A DNA stretch of 50,247 bases from an uncultured Porphyromonadaceae bacterium. GTDB lineage: Bacteria; Bacteroidota; Bacteroidia; Bacteroidales; UBA12481. This document shows positions 25,799-35,400 of this stretch, one piece after another. Positions within the stretch are counted from its first letter, which is position 1. Every line of letters begins with the position of its first letter. The notes beneath the pieces were generated by a model, which was not told the DNA's origin, did not search any database, and saw only the letters and a list, made by a program, of their open reading frames with translations. A program made the translations under genes and the position numbers. Location: NCBI GenBank assembly GCA_964416825.1, contig CAYQFT010000004.1, forward strand, positions 1 to 50,247. Reading direction: 5' to 3'.

Positions 25799-27133
25799 CT
25801 ACTTTTCCGGTGCCATTGATTCTGAAGGCTTCTGAGCCATAACAGGCTCAATTCCGATGGCCGGCCGGTCGAGTTCCAGAACGAGGATCAGATCCTGCGT
25901 TTTTTCATCATTGGCTGGCAGGTTTATGGAAACTCTGTCCTCGGTCTGCTCAAATATCACTTTTCCACCTTTCAACAGTTCCACTCGTTTAATACGTGCC
26001 GGAATGCCCGGCAGTTCCATGACGTCCCCCGGACGGTTCAGTACATGGATATAAACGGTGCTGCCCATACAGGTTGATACGCCAAAACGGGCCGGTTTCC
26101 AAGGACCTCCGCGTGTTCCGTAGATCGATTTACCATTTGCTTTCAGCCAGGCTCCCAGTTCCCGAACTACTGCCTCCTGCTCCGGTGCAATCCGGCCGTC
26201 GGGCATCGGACCCACATTCAATAGCATGTTGCCGTCACCTCCTGCGCACCGGATCAGCATTTCAATGCATTGAGATGCCGGTTTCACCCCATCGGAATGG
26301 CCGCCCCATGACCACTGGCTTCTTTTCGATACCGTCATGCAGGATTCCCACGGCCGCCGGTCGAAGCCACCCACTGTTTGCTCCGGGGTATGAAAATCGG
26401 CCCGCGGACCGATCACCCCTTCGTTCCATCCGCCCTGGTCACCCAGGTCCAGTCGTTCATTGATGACAATACCGGGCTGAAGCTTCCGGACCAGGCTGTA
26501 GGTGGTCTCCGCATCCCATGGCGCTGATTTGCCGTCGGTGTCGAACCAGAGAATATCGATCTTGCCGTAATTTGTCAGCAGTTCGGTGATTTCCGCCTGC
26601 ATACGCTTAACAAATTCCGCATTTTTCTCGTTACGGCAGTCGGGGTCGCGCCAGTCCATCGGCGAAAAGTACCACCCTATCTTCATCCCTGCCTCATGAG
26701 CCGCTGCGGCCAGCTCGGCGCACACATCGCGCTTAAAGGGCGTGTTCATGATGTTGTAGGAATCCACCTTTGAATCCCACAAAAGAAATCCGTCACAATG
26801 CTTTGCCGTCAAAATCATGTATTTCATTCCTGAAGCCTTCGCAATTTTCACCCATTCCTTAGCATTGAAATTCACCGGGTTGAACTCCTTGTATAAGTTA
26901 TCATACACATCGGCCGGTGTGGGCCCCTGGTTCGGGCACTTGGGATTCGTATTCGCCCGCGACCAGCTGATCTCCTTTTCGTTGATGCTTACGGGCCCCC
27001 AATGGATGAACATGCCCAGACGCGCCTCGCGCCAGCTTTGAAGCGATTCGGGGGTTGCCTTCTGCGCCATGCTGGAGTTGAAGATGATAGAGAGAGACAG
27101 CGACAGGATCAGGATAAAGAATGATTTTTTCAT
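25799..27133 (-). CDS. GH29 alpha-L-fucosidase
   Basis: GMFIHWG, TAKHCDGF, ILWFD, WESC, LLNVGP, SIYGTR. Confidence 0.93.
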   Translation of the reverse strand: MKKSFFILILSLSLSIIFNSSMAQKATPESLQSWREARLGMFIHWGPVSINEKEISWSRANTNPKCPNQGPTPADVYDNLYKEFNPVNFNAKEWVKIAKASGMKYMILTAKHCDGFLLWDSKVDSYNIMNTPFKRDVCAELAAAAHEAGMKIGWYFSPMDWRDPDCRNEKNAEFVKRMQAEITELLTNYGKIDILWFDTDGKSAPWDAETTYSLVRKLQPGIVINERLDLGDQGGWNEGVIGPRADFHTPEQTVGGFDRRPWESCMTVSKRSQWSWGGHSDGVKPASQCIEMLIRCAGGDGNMLLNVGPMPDGRIAPEQEAVVRELGAWLKANGKSIYGTRGGPWKPARFGVSTCMGSTVYIHVLNRPGDVMELPGIPARIKRVELLKGGKVIFEQTEDRVSINLPANDEKTQDLILVLELDRPAIGIEPVMAQKPSESMAPEK

Positions 27134-27218
27134 GTTTATGTCATTTCCATTGCAAACATCCAGATAAAGATAAATCCTACCCGGATTTACTTCAGTATTT
27201 CAAAACTAACACAGTGGG

Positions 27219-27250
27219 AATTATGTAACAATTTCTGTAAATTATGTAAC
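27219..27250. promoter_or_regulatory. 11-bp direct repeat AATTATGTAAC with 21-bp period (possible regulator site)
   Basis: Copies at 27219-27229 and 27240-27250 in the divergent fucosidase/OmpA intergenic region. Confidence 0.45.
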
Positions 27251-27332
27251 TCCATTCATACAAGGCTATTGATCTTTGTTTATTGAACAAATCTATAGCA
27301 TATGCTAATCAATGCCTATTAAATAAAACGTT

Positions 27333-28790
27333 ATGAAAAGAAAAATTTTACTCCTGTTTGCAGTCCTTTCGCTCGGCATCGCCGCATCGCATGCCCAGAA
27401 TGCCGATCACAAGTGGGGATTTGGCGGACACTTTGGGGTCATGGAATACAATGGAGACATGACCAACCAGTTCTATTCCTTCTCGCAGGGTTACGGAGTC
27501 GGGGCAAGTATCTCCCGCTACCTGAACCCCTCATTCGACCTGATGCTGCACTTCTTTTATGATGGCGAACGCTCCAATGATGGCGGGCGTTTCGAACTGC
27601 CAACCTGGGCCAGCTTTTATACTCACATGTTCAACACTAACCTGTTGGTCAAGTATAAATTCAACAACGGCTATATCCTGAAAGAAACCGCCTTCTTTGC
27701 CCCTTATCTGCTGGCCGGTGTGGGCGGCAATTACGCAAACTCATCGGGCGTTAACGAGACTGGCCCTTTTACCAATAAATTCATGACTCCCAACGCTTAT
27801 GCCGGCGCAGGAGTTAGTCTCAGGATCTCGGCCGCCTTAAGCCTCGTGGCACAAACCGCACTGATGTATCCGTTTACCGATAAGGTGGATGGCATCGTCG
27901 GAAATACACTGCCGACCTCCCACAAGGGGGACGATTTCTTCCTGGAAAACTCGGTAGGGCTCTATATCACCCCCGGAAAAGCCAAGATTAAGGACGCCGA
28001 CGGCGACGGAGTTGCCGACAAGCTGGATAAGTGCCCCGACACTCCCGCCGGAGTAGTGGTGGGTCCCGACGGCTGCCCGCTCGATACGGATGGTGATGGT
28101 ATTTATGATTATCTCGATGATTGTCCGAAAGTTGCCGGCCTGAAACAGTTTAAGGGATGCCCCGATACTGATGGTGACGGAATTCCTGACAATAAGGATG
28201 AATGCCCCGATGTAGCCGGCCTGGCCGCACTGAACGGATGCCCCGATAGTGATGGCGACGGAGTAGCGGATAAGAATGACAAGTGTCCTGATACCCCCAA
28301 GGGAGTTCAGGTTGACCGCAACGGCTGTCCGCTCGATCGCGACAAGGATGGAATTCCCGATTACCTGGATGGTTGCCCCGATGTGGCCGGTACAAAAGAA
28401 CTTAATGGCTGCCCGCCGGCAAAAATCGCTGAAATTGAAAGCATGAACCTGCAGATGGATCCGATCCTGTTTGATTTCGACAAATATTCACTGAAACCGG
28501 CAGGTATCGTAACCCTCGACAAGATCTTCAACACATTGTCAGACCACAAAGACTTTGGCGTTCAGTTCGATGGGTATGCTGACTTTGTAGGTACCGAAGC
28601 TTACAACCTTCGGCTTTCCGAAAGAAGAGCCAACTCGGCCAAAGATTATTTGCTGAAAAAAGGTGTAGGAGCCAACCGCATCCGCCTGCAATACTACGGA
28701 GAAGATAATCCGGTTAAGAACAACGATACCGAACAGGGCAGGGCCCTGAACCGCAGGGTTGAATACACGCTATTCGAATTGGGTAAATAA
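27333..28790 (+). CDS. OmpA family protein with thrombospondin type-3 (DxDxDG..CP) repeats
   Basis: N-terminal beta-barrel, five DxDxDG..CP repeats, C-terminal FDFDK..NLRLSERRA..NRRVE. Confidence 0.93.
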   Translation: MKRKILLLFAVLSLGIAASHAQNADHKWGFGGHFGVMEYNGDMTNQFYSFSQGYGVGASISRYLNPSFDLMLHFFYDGERSNDGGRFELPTWASFYTHMFNTNLLVKYKFNNGYILKETAFFAPYLLAGVGGNYANSSGVNETGPFTNKFMTPNAYAGAGVSLRISAALSLVAQTALMYPFTDKVDGIVGNTLPTSHKGDDFFLENSVGLYITPGKAKIKDADGDGVADKLDKCPDTPAGVVVGPDGCPLDTDGDGIYDYLDDCPKVAGLKQFKGCPDTDGDGIPDNKDECPDVAGLAALNGCPDSDGDGVADKNDKCPDTPKGVQVDRNGCPLDRDKDGIPDYLDGCPDVAGTKELNGCPPAKIAEIESMNLQMDPILFDFDKYSLKPAGIVTLDKIFNTLSDHKDFGVQFDGYADFVGTEAYNLRLSERRANSAKDYLLKKGVGANRIRLQYYGEDNPVKNNDTEQGRALNRRVEYTLFELGK

Positions 28791-28806
28791 TCCCGGAAAT
28801 TGTACG

Positions 28807-28845
28807 AAAAATAGAGGCGCAAATATTTGCGTCTCTATTTTTTTT
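28807..28845 (+). terminator. Intrinsic terminator (REP-derived stem)
   Basis: aaaaatagaggcgc-aaatattt-gcgtctctatttttttt between convergent genes. Confidence 0.8.
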
Positions 28846-28850
28846 ATTCT

Positions 28851-28891
28851 GAGATTCGAACCCAGAGCTTCGAATATTCTAAATCAGAATC
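28851..28891 (+). repeat. Degenerate copy of the GAGATTCGA..CAGAG motif
   Basis: gagattcgaacccagagcttcgaatattctaaatcagaatc. Confidence 0.55.
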
Positions 28892-28904
28892 AAAGTCTCC
28901 TTTG

Positions 28905-29729
28905 TCACGCAATTTCCTCCAATTCGCGTATTACGGATAGCAGTTTCTTTTTGTTGAGGCCGAGGACATCGAGCGCTTCTTTCTTTGCGAGCAGCCGGGC
29001 GCAGGTAACAAATCCATGCTCCATCAGGACCATTTTCTCCTTTTGTGATAACTTACTGATCACCGTAACCGGATATACCCTCTCCCTGGCGATCAGTTCT
29101 TTCAAACCGGCCCCTTCCGGATAGTCCCAGCCGAGCAGTTTAAGCCCGCTGCATCTGCCGAATTGGGTGGAATCAGGCGAAAAACGGGTGTTGGTCACTA
29201 CCCAGCCGGTAAATGTGAACCCCTGATAATCTGGCATTTCCCGTCGATGCCGAATGATATCGTCCATCCTCGACCGCACATATAGGGGAACCTGAACACT
29301 GACATTCTTGCCCTGCTCCTGCGAATACTTACACTCCATCAGGTTTTGGACTTTAGCGCCCGTTGCAATCACATCAACTTCATGCGTAACGCAATAACCT
29401 TCAATAATTTGGCCTACCTGAACCTGATATCCCTGCTTTTCAAAAATTTCGCCGATCAACCTTTCAAATGGAAAGCCCGTGGGGCCCATCTCCATGATCG
29501 CCTGCTTGAGCCTGTAACGGATCCCCGAATACAGCTGACTCCTGTTTAGCAGGGAAAAAGCACGGTTATAAATCTTTTTCGTGGTGATGCCTTCATAGAT
29601 CCAGCCCCGGATATCGGCGAGGATCTCATCGATAAGGGCATCGCCGGCACCAGCATTCCGGAGCGACCGCTCCAGCTTTTCAATCGAGAAGGATTCGGTT
29701 TGACCGGATGCCTTGGTTACCTGAATCAT
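28905..29729 (-). CDS. ATP-cone domain plus Mrr-like PD-(D/E)xK endonuclease
   Basis: VTKASGQTESFSIEKLERSL (ATP cone); GFPFE, HEVDVIA..MECK, VTNTRFS (Mrr_cat-like). Confidence 0.85.
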   Translation of the reverse strand: MIQVTKASGQTESFSIEKLERSLRNAGAGDALIDEILADIRGWIYEGITTKKIYNRAFSLLNRSQLYSGIRYRLKQAIMEMGPTGFPFERLIGEIFEKQGYQVQVGQIIEGYCVTHEVDVIATGAKVQNLMECKYSQEQGKNVSVQVPLYVRSRMDDIIRHRREMPDYQGFTFTGWVVTNTRFSPDSTQFGRCSGLKLLGWDYPEGAGLKELIARERVYPVTVISKLSQKEKMVLMEHGFVTCARLLAKKEALDVLGLNKKKLLSVIRELEEIA

Positions 29730-29732
29730 CGG

Positions 29733-30473
29733 TTAAAATGTAAAATAGTTCACCTTATTAATCGCCGTTCCCATCTTGGCGCGCGGCAGGGTGATGGTCC
29801 GCTTCTCGCTCTTTCCCAGGGCAACGGTGGTCATCACCGTTTTACCTCCCTTGGCATCCTCGCTGGTCATCTCCATCACGAAACCCTCGCCCGACAGGGT
29901 ATTATGCAGCGCGGCCATTTTTGCAGCACGGAAAATCCCATAGTCATTGGGAAGCTTAACCTCGGCGGTAATCCAGGCCGACCCGAAGATCTTCTTATAC
30001 ACGTAGGTGTACTTTTTACACGTATGGCCAGCAATCGTGCGGGTTTCATCGGTGGGCACCAGCTCCAGCTTCTTAATGGCCTCCCCTTCCGGGAACTTGA
30101 ATCCGCCGGCATTATACATGGGTTCTGCTGCATCGCTTCCGAAAATCTGGACAGCCACCTCGTTCGTCATGTCAAAAATAGTCTCAATATCACTGCCCTT
30201 CTGGGGGGCATCCATCAGCACGCAGAAGTTGCCTTTTGGAACCTTCAAGCCTCCGGTCGTGGTTGTCACCTCAGCATCAGAACCGGTATACCACGTCTTA
30301 TATTGATAAGTGCGCATCAGTTCATCGCCCTTTGCGAAGAAATCAATCTTCATCTCATTATACCGGTCAAAACTATAGCTATCAGACCATTTCACACCCG
30401 GAGCAGTAATCTGAGCCGATAGCTGCCATACGCCACACAAAATCGTAATCAAGGAAAACAGTAGCTTTTTCAT
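29733..30473 (-). CDS. Secreted DUF4412-like protein
   Basis: Signal peptide; TDETRTIAGHTCKKY..SAWIT..GFVMEM. Confidence 0.75.
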   Translation of the reverse strand: MKKLLFSLITILCGVWQLSAQITAPGVKWSDSYSFDRYNEMKIDFFAKGDELMRTYQYKTWYTGSDAEVTTTTGGLKVPKGNFCVLMDAPQKGSDIETIFDMTNEVAVQIFGSDAAEPMYNAGGFKFPEGEAIKKLELVPTDETRTIAGHTCKKYTYVYKKIFGSAWITAEVKLPNDYGIFRAAKMAALHNTLSGEGFVMEMTSEDAKGGKTVMTTVALGKSEKRTITLPRAKMGTAINKVNYFTF

Positions 30474-30580
30474 AACGAACTAGTTTTACTCAAAAATCAG
30501 CAAAATTCTTCGTTTCAACCGGGCACGTGAAAATAATTTTATCTTCACGGCGAAAGCCTCTTTTGTCAAAACACAACATC

Positions 30581-32203
30581 ATGCCAATCAAATCGTTCCT
30601 TTCCCTCACCCTCCTCTGCCTGGCCACTGCCGTCATCGGTCAACCAGAACAGGCGGGCACGCCGGGGCTGAATTTCAAGGTATCCTTCGACAAGTCGGTT
30701 GGGCAAAGCGAAATAACGGGCCGCGTTTATGTAATGATATCCAGGAACAACAACCGCGAACCCCGGTTCCAGGTTGGCGAAAACGGGGTTCCCTTCTGGG
30801 GCATGAACGTTAGCCGGATGGCCCCGGGTGCAGGCGCCGTAATCGGCGATACCGTTTTCGGCTATCCCCTTGAGAGTATCCGGGATATTCCCGCCGGTGA
30901 CTATTATGTGCAGGGATTCATCAACCTGTACACCGAATTCCGGCGGTCGGACGGGCACACCTTATGGATGCACAACGACAAATGGGAGGGCCAGGACTGG
31001 CTCCGCGGGGAAGGAAACCTCTACAGCGAGGTGCGGAAGGTGCATATCGATCCCGCAAAGGCGGAAACGATCGAACTGATTTGCACGAAAGCTAATCCGG
31101 CAGTAAAAATTCCGGATGACACGAAGATGGTTAAGCGGGTCCGGATCCAGAGCAAATTGCTGTCTGCGTTCTGGGGGCAGCCGATGTACCTGGGCGCCAC
31201 GGTATTGCTGCCCAACGGATACGACGTGCATCCGGATAAATCGTATCCGGTGAATTACCAGCACGGGCACTTCGGTTTAGGGGTCCCGTTCGGTTTTCGC
31301 GACCCGACAGGCCCGGCGACCAATTCGGGCAGGCCGGATTCGGGCTTCACCGGGTTCTGGATGTCAGACAGTTGTCCTCCGATGATCGCGATAAACATCC
31401 TCCATCCGTGCCCCTACTATGATGATTCGTACGCGGTGAATTCACCCAATGTGGGCCCGTATGATGATGCCATCATGCAGGAACTGATCCCCTACCTCGA
31501 AACAAAATTCCGGATCATCAGGCAGCCGTATGCCCGCATCCTATCCGGAGGATCAACCGGCGGCTGGATCGTCCTCGACCAGCAGATCCGGCATCCTGCC
31601 TTCTACGGCGGGGCCTTCTCTTTATGCGCCGATCCGGTTGATTTCCATTATCATCAGATAGTCAATATCTATGAAGATGAGAACGCCTATTATGTTGATA
31701 ATGAGTGGACCCGTGTCGACCGGCCCAATACCCGCCGCACCGATGGGAATGTGAGTTCTACGATGAGCAGCGAGAACCTTTTCGAGCTGGTTGTTGGTGA
31801 TAAATCCCGCTCCGGTGGGCAGTGGGACATATGGGAGGCCGCTTTCAGCCCGATTGGTGCGGATGGTTATCCGATGCGTGTGTGGAACAAGCGGACAGGG
31901 GTTATCGATCATGCCGTTGCGGAGCAATGGAAGAAGTATGACCTGCATGTATATCTGAAAGAAAACTGGCCGGCAATAGGCAATGACTTGAAGGGCAAGC
32001 TGTTCATCTACATGGGCGATATGGACACATTTTACCTCAACAATGCCATGGAACTGATGGCGGATTTTCTGAAAACTACCCGGGATCCCTATTTCGACGG
32101 AGTGATCGAATTCGGCCGTAAAAAGCCGCACTGTCACGGGCCGAGGGGCAAGGAGCTGGTGAAGCTGATGGCTGCTCAGGTAGAGCGGAACAGCGGCAAG
32201 TGA
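30581..32203 (+). CDS. Secreted alpha/beta hydrolase (putative esterase family)
   Basis: Signal peptide from ATG 30581; VLLPNGY, ELIPYLE..F, GGSTGG nucleophile elbow, GDMD, C-terminal His. Confidence 0.82.
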   Translation: MPIKSFLSLTLLCLATAVIGQPEQAGTPGLNFKVSFDKSVGQSEITGRVYVMISRNNNREPRFQVGENGVPFWGMNVSRMAPGAGAVIGDTVFGYPLESIRDIPAGDYYVQGFINLYTEFRRSDGHTLWMHNDKWEGQDWLRGEGNLYSEVRKVHIDPAKAETIELICTKANPAVKIPDDTKMVKRVRIQSKLLSAFWGQPMYLGATVLLPNGYDVHPDKSYPVNYQHGHFGLGVPFGFRDPTGPATNSGRPDSGFTGFWMSDSCPPMIAINILHPCPYYDDSYAVNSPNVGPYDDAIMQELIPYLETKFRIIRQPYARILSGGSTGGWIVLDQQIRHPAFYGGAFSLCADPVDFHYHQIVNIYEDENAYYVDNEWTRVDRPNTRRTDGNVSSTMSSENLFELVVGDKSRSGGQWDIWEAAFSPIGADGYPMRVWNKRTGVIDHAVAEQWKKYDLHVYLKENWPAIGNDLKGKLFIYMGDMDTFYLNNAMELMADFLKTTRDPYFDGVIEFGRKKPHCHGPRGKELVKLMAAQVERNSGK

Positions 32204-32299
32204 TGATTTGTGTAAAGTAAGGAAAATCTTCCAGTGGAAGATATTGCCCAAACAGGGTAAAAATGATAGCTGTTTCTATCCGACAAAATCCTGATATTT

Positions 32300-35200
32300 A
32301 TGGCTATGAAGAAAAAACAACCTCTGATAATCATGGGCGCCCTGCTGTTCGCCCTGGTTCTTGTTTCGGCTTCCTGCACCAATGCGGTGAAAGTGAAGCA
32401 AAACGGCGATGTGACTACCCTTAAAAATGAGTTGGTGGGTCTGGATTTTAACCTGACAACCGGAACCTACAACATCAGGAACTTAACGGGCAATACGACA
32501 CCGATCCGTGACGCAGCGCTGAAAATCAACAACTGGTCATCCGACGCTGAAAACCAACGGATCACCTGGAAGAAATCAGCGGTTTCGGATGAACCGGGAA
32601 AAGGAATGGCCTTAACCCTGAAAATCGAATCCGACAATCAGCCGGTGATGATTTTCTGTTTTACCCTCTATGAAAACCAGGGATACTTCACGGTCTCCGG
32701 TGGAATCGAAAATACAACGGCCGAAAGCATTCAGGTAATGGAAATCCATGCACTGACCGGTGCGAAGGCCTACGGCGGAACGGAGTTCCCTGATAACTTC
32801 ACCATGATCGACGGTTTCAGCGCCGGAGAGCCGCTCGAATACGGTGAAAGGATGTATTCCCCCCTCACCAGGGAGTACGCACTTAAATCGCGGAATAACA
32901 TTCTGCTGACGTTCGGTACGGGCCAGGCGCGGCAAACCCTGGTGATGGGTGGGCTCTCCTATTCGGATTATGAAAAATTTGCTGTGCTGGAACAGAGCCG
33001 GCAAGTGGAACTTGAAAAAGGTCCGGATGGCAAAAGCAGCCTCCTCTGCTACCTTAACCTGCCTGATGATAAACTGGATGAGTCGGCCAGCGGGGAGAAG
33101 CTGGAACTTGTGCAAGGCAGTCAGAAACAAACCTGGCAGAACAATGAATTCCGATGCACGGAAACGGCCACATCAGCCAAGGATCCTGAGAAAATCATCC
33201 TGGATATTAAAAACCTCGACAAGGGAAAACCATACTTCCTGGGTTTCTCGTGGTGGAGGGGTCTGTGGCATGGCGACCGGAAAGATCACAGGCAGTCGGT
33301 TTTTGTACAGTTCATAAAAGAGGGTAAACTTACCCGGATTGCCCTGTTGGAAAACCAGCTGCTCCCGCGTTTTGATGGCGTGAAAAAGGAGGACGTTGAA
33401 CAGGTGGAACTGCCTGTTCCCATTGAGGCAGTGAGGGCCGGCGAATTTCAATTGCTGGTGGAGCGCCCTTCGGCCGACTATGAAAACAACGCGAAGGATC
33501 CGAATGTATATCTGAGTGAGCTGTGGCTGCGCGATGGCACGGGAAAGCCCCTGCTGACGGATCGGCTGACGCCGGTGAATGAATGCGTCAGGCCAAGAAG
33601 GGAATATACGGCCCGTCTTTATGCTTTGGATCCTGTTGGCAAAAGAGTGGATCCGGGGACGACCTATATCCCGGATGATCAGTTTTATATCGATGTCACC
33701 TGCCCCGATCCTTTCGAAGCCCTGGAACAATACGCACGGCAGGTTAGCCAGGCCCAGCATATCGAGCTGAGCATGTATGATTTCCCATCGGTATGCCTCT
33801 GGTACGCTCAGGTTAGCGGTTATGGGGGAGGTGCAGCAGATAATACAACCCTCGGGGCCGTCAGGGAGATGGACATTATTGCCGAAAGCGGATTCCTTAA
33901 ATATAGCCGGGCTGCCGTGCGACTGGTGCCGGATTCCTATTTGCCCAACAACCAGCAGGGCTGGTGGGACGACAAGCACTGGCAGATGGAGGAAACGGAC
34001 CAGAATGCCAGTAAGAACGGACGATATGTTGAGCCTTACGAGACTTCTGAGAAATGGGGTAAGGCAGTGACCGATCGCGGCGGGATACCCCTCACCTATG
34101 TTCAAACCGGCTTCCGGTCGGAGGATTATGCAATAGCGTTCCCCGGTCATATGCTTTTCAATAGTTCCTATGCCTGGAAGGGGGAACCGCAGGATACCTC
34201 AGGCGATTTGTTTAAGACATGGAACCAGGCATGGGCGCGGCCCCGGTACGTGTGGGGCTATGATTATACCGATCCTGATTTTCTGAGCCATCTGAAGGAT
34301 GTATATAAAAACCTTGCATCCGGCGGCATCAAAGGACTTATGTTCGACTATCCGTTCTCGGGATGGGCATCCGGCGGAGGCATGGAGGATCCGTATTCAA
34401 CAACGGCCGCAGCCTACCGGAATATCTTCCGCATGCCATACGAAGGCCTGGGCCCGGGATCCTATGTCGATGAACGCAATATGGAGAAGGGAAGTGATGT
34501 GACGATAGGCTACGTGGCTTCCATGCGCACAGAGAATGATACCGACCTGATGGATGAAGTTACGGTTACCCGCTGCGGGCTCCGATGGTACAAAAACAGG
34601 GTCCTTTACAACCAGGATACGGATTCGAAGAATATTGCCCGCCTGCAGGGAAGCAGGGACCAGGTGCGCTCCGTGGTGACCATGGCATATGTGACTACCG
34701 GCCGGTTTCTTCTGGCCAACAGCTTTTCCCAATTTTCTGATGAAACATTCCACGACCTTACCCGCACTTTCCCTTATCCAACGGAAAACCGGTCGGCGCG
34801 GCCAATAGATGCCTTCGTAAGCGAATACCCAATGGTTTACGATTTCAAGGTGGATGATGGCTGGCACCAGGTGACCTTCTATAATGGCGATTTTGAGAAG
34901 GAAAACAACATCGGCATCAACCTCGCCGGCGAAGCCGTGGACGGTGCACTGGGACTGGATCCCGCGAAATCCTATCATGTTTACGATTTCTGGAATGATC
35001 GGTATGTGGGGATTTATAAAGGATCGGCCCGGCTCGAGCAAACAAACAGGCCGGGAGAGGCGCGAATGCTTTCAGTGAGGGAAGTGACGCCACATCCCAG
35101 GGTGTTATCTTCTGATCGCCATATCATGCAGGGTTACCTCGACATGAGCGATGAAAAATGGAATGATGGAACGAAAATCCTTTCCGGAACCAGTAAGGTG

Positions 35201-35377
35201 ATAGGCGGTGATCCTTATATACTGACCAGCACATCCAGTGGTTTTGACCCGGAGAAGGTCTCCACCGCAACCACGGATGCAAGGATTTCCCTGATTAAAA
35301 GCGAAAATGGCTTAATCAAAATAAGAATCGAATCCGACAGTAACTCTACCGTTAAATGGCAAATATCTTATAATTAG
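32300..35377 (+). CDS. Large lipoprotein, putative glycoside hydrolase (GH27/GH36 clan-D-like, unclassified)
   Basis: Lipobox SASC; YDYTDP..GIKGLMFDY and MRTENDT as candidate catalytic Asp motifs; C-terminal YHVYDFW..Y.G domain seen in alpha-galactosidase-like proteins. Confidence 0.55.
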   Translation: MAMKKKQPLIIMGALLFALVLVSASCTNAVKVKQNGDVTTLKNELVGLDFNLTTGTYNIRNLTGNTTPIRDAALKINNWSSDAENQRITWKKSAVSDEPGKGMALTLKIESDNQPVMIFCFTLYENQGYFTVSGGIENTTAESIQVMEIHALTGAKAYGGTEFPDNFTMIDGFSAGEPLEYGERMYSPLTREYALKSRNNILLTFGTGQARQTLVMGGLSYSDYEKFAVLEQSRQVELEKGPDGKSSLLCYLNLPDDKLDESASGEKLELVQGSQKQTWQNNEFRCTETATSAKDPEKIILDIKNLDKGKPYFLGFSWWRGLWHGDRKDHRQSVFVQFIKEGKLTRIALLENQLLPRFDGVKKEDVEQVELPVPIEAVRAGEFQLLVERPSADYENNAKDPNVYLSELWLRDGTGKPLLTDRLTPVNECVRPRREYTARLYALDPVGKRVDPGTTYIPDDQFYIDVTCPDPFEALEQYARQVSQAQHIELSMYDFPSVCLWYAQVSGYGGGAADNTTLGAVREMDIIAESGFLKYSRAAVRLVPDSYLPNNQQGWWDDKHWQMEETDQNASKNGRYVEPYETSEKWGKAVTDRGGIPLTYVQTGFRSEDYAIAFPGHMLFNSSYAWKGEPQDTSGDLFKTWNQAWARPRYVWGYDYTDPDFLSHLKDVYKNLASGGIKGLMFDYPFSGWASGGGMEDPYSTTAAAYRNIFRMPYEGLGPGSYVDERNMEKGSDVTIGYVASMRTENDTDLMDEVTVTRCGLRWYKNRVLYNQDTDSKNIARLQGSRDQVRSVVTMAYVTTGRFLLANSFSQFSDETFHDLTRTFPYPTENRSARPIDAFVSEYPMVYDFKVDDGWHQVTFYNGDFEKENNIGINLAGEAVDGALGLDPAKSYHVYDFWNDRYVGIYKGSARLEQTNRPGEARMLSVREVTPHPRVLSSDRHIMQGYLDMSDEKWNDGTKILSGTSKVIGGDPYILTSTSSGFDPEKVSTATTDARISLIKSENGLIKIRIESDSNSTVKWQISYN

Positions 35378-35400
35378 ATAGTTGCGATACGCCGGTCAGG

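Noticed and set aside
23683-27133. Polysaccharide utilisation locus
   Set aside because: The rhamnosidase and fucosidase genes are convergent, and no SusC/SusD pair or regulator is present in the window.
27990-28415. Repeated DNA inside the OmpA gene
   Set aside because: Explained by ordinary thrombospondin type-3 protein repeats.
28848-28866. tRNA fragment (minus strand reads CTGGG-TTCGAAT-CTCAG, like a T-arm)
   Set aside because: No acceptor, D or anticodon arms can be built around it, and the other copies of this motif family lack the T-arm pairing.
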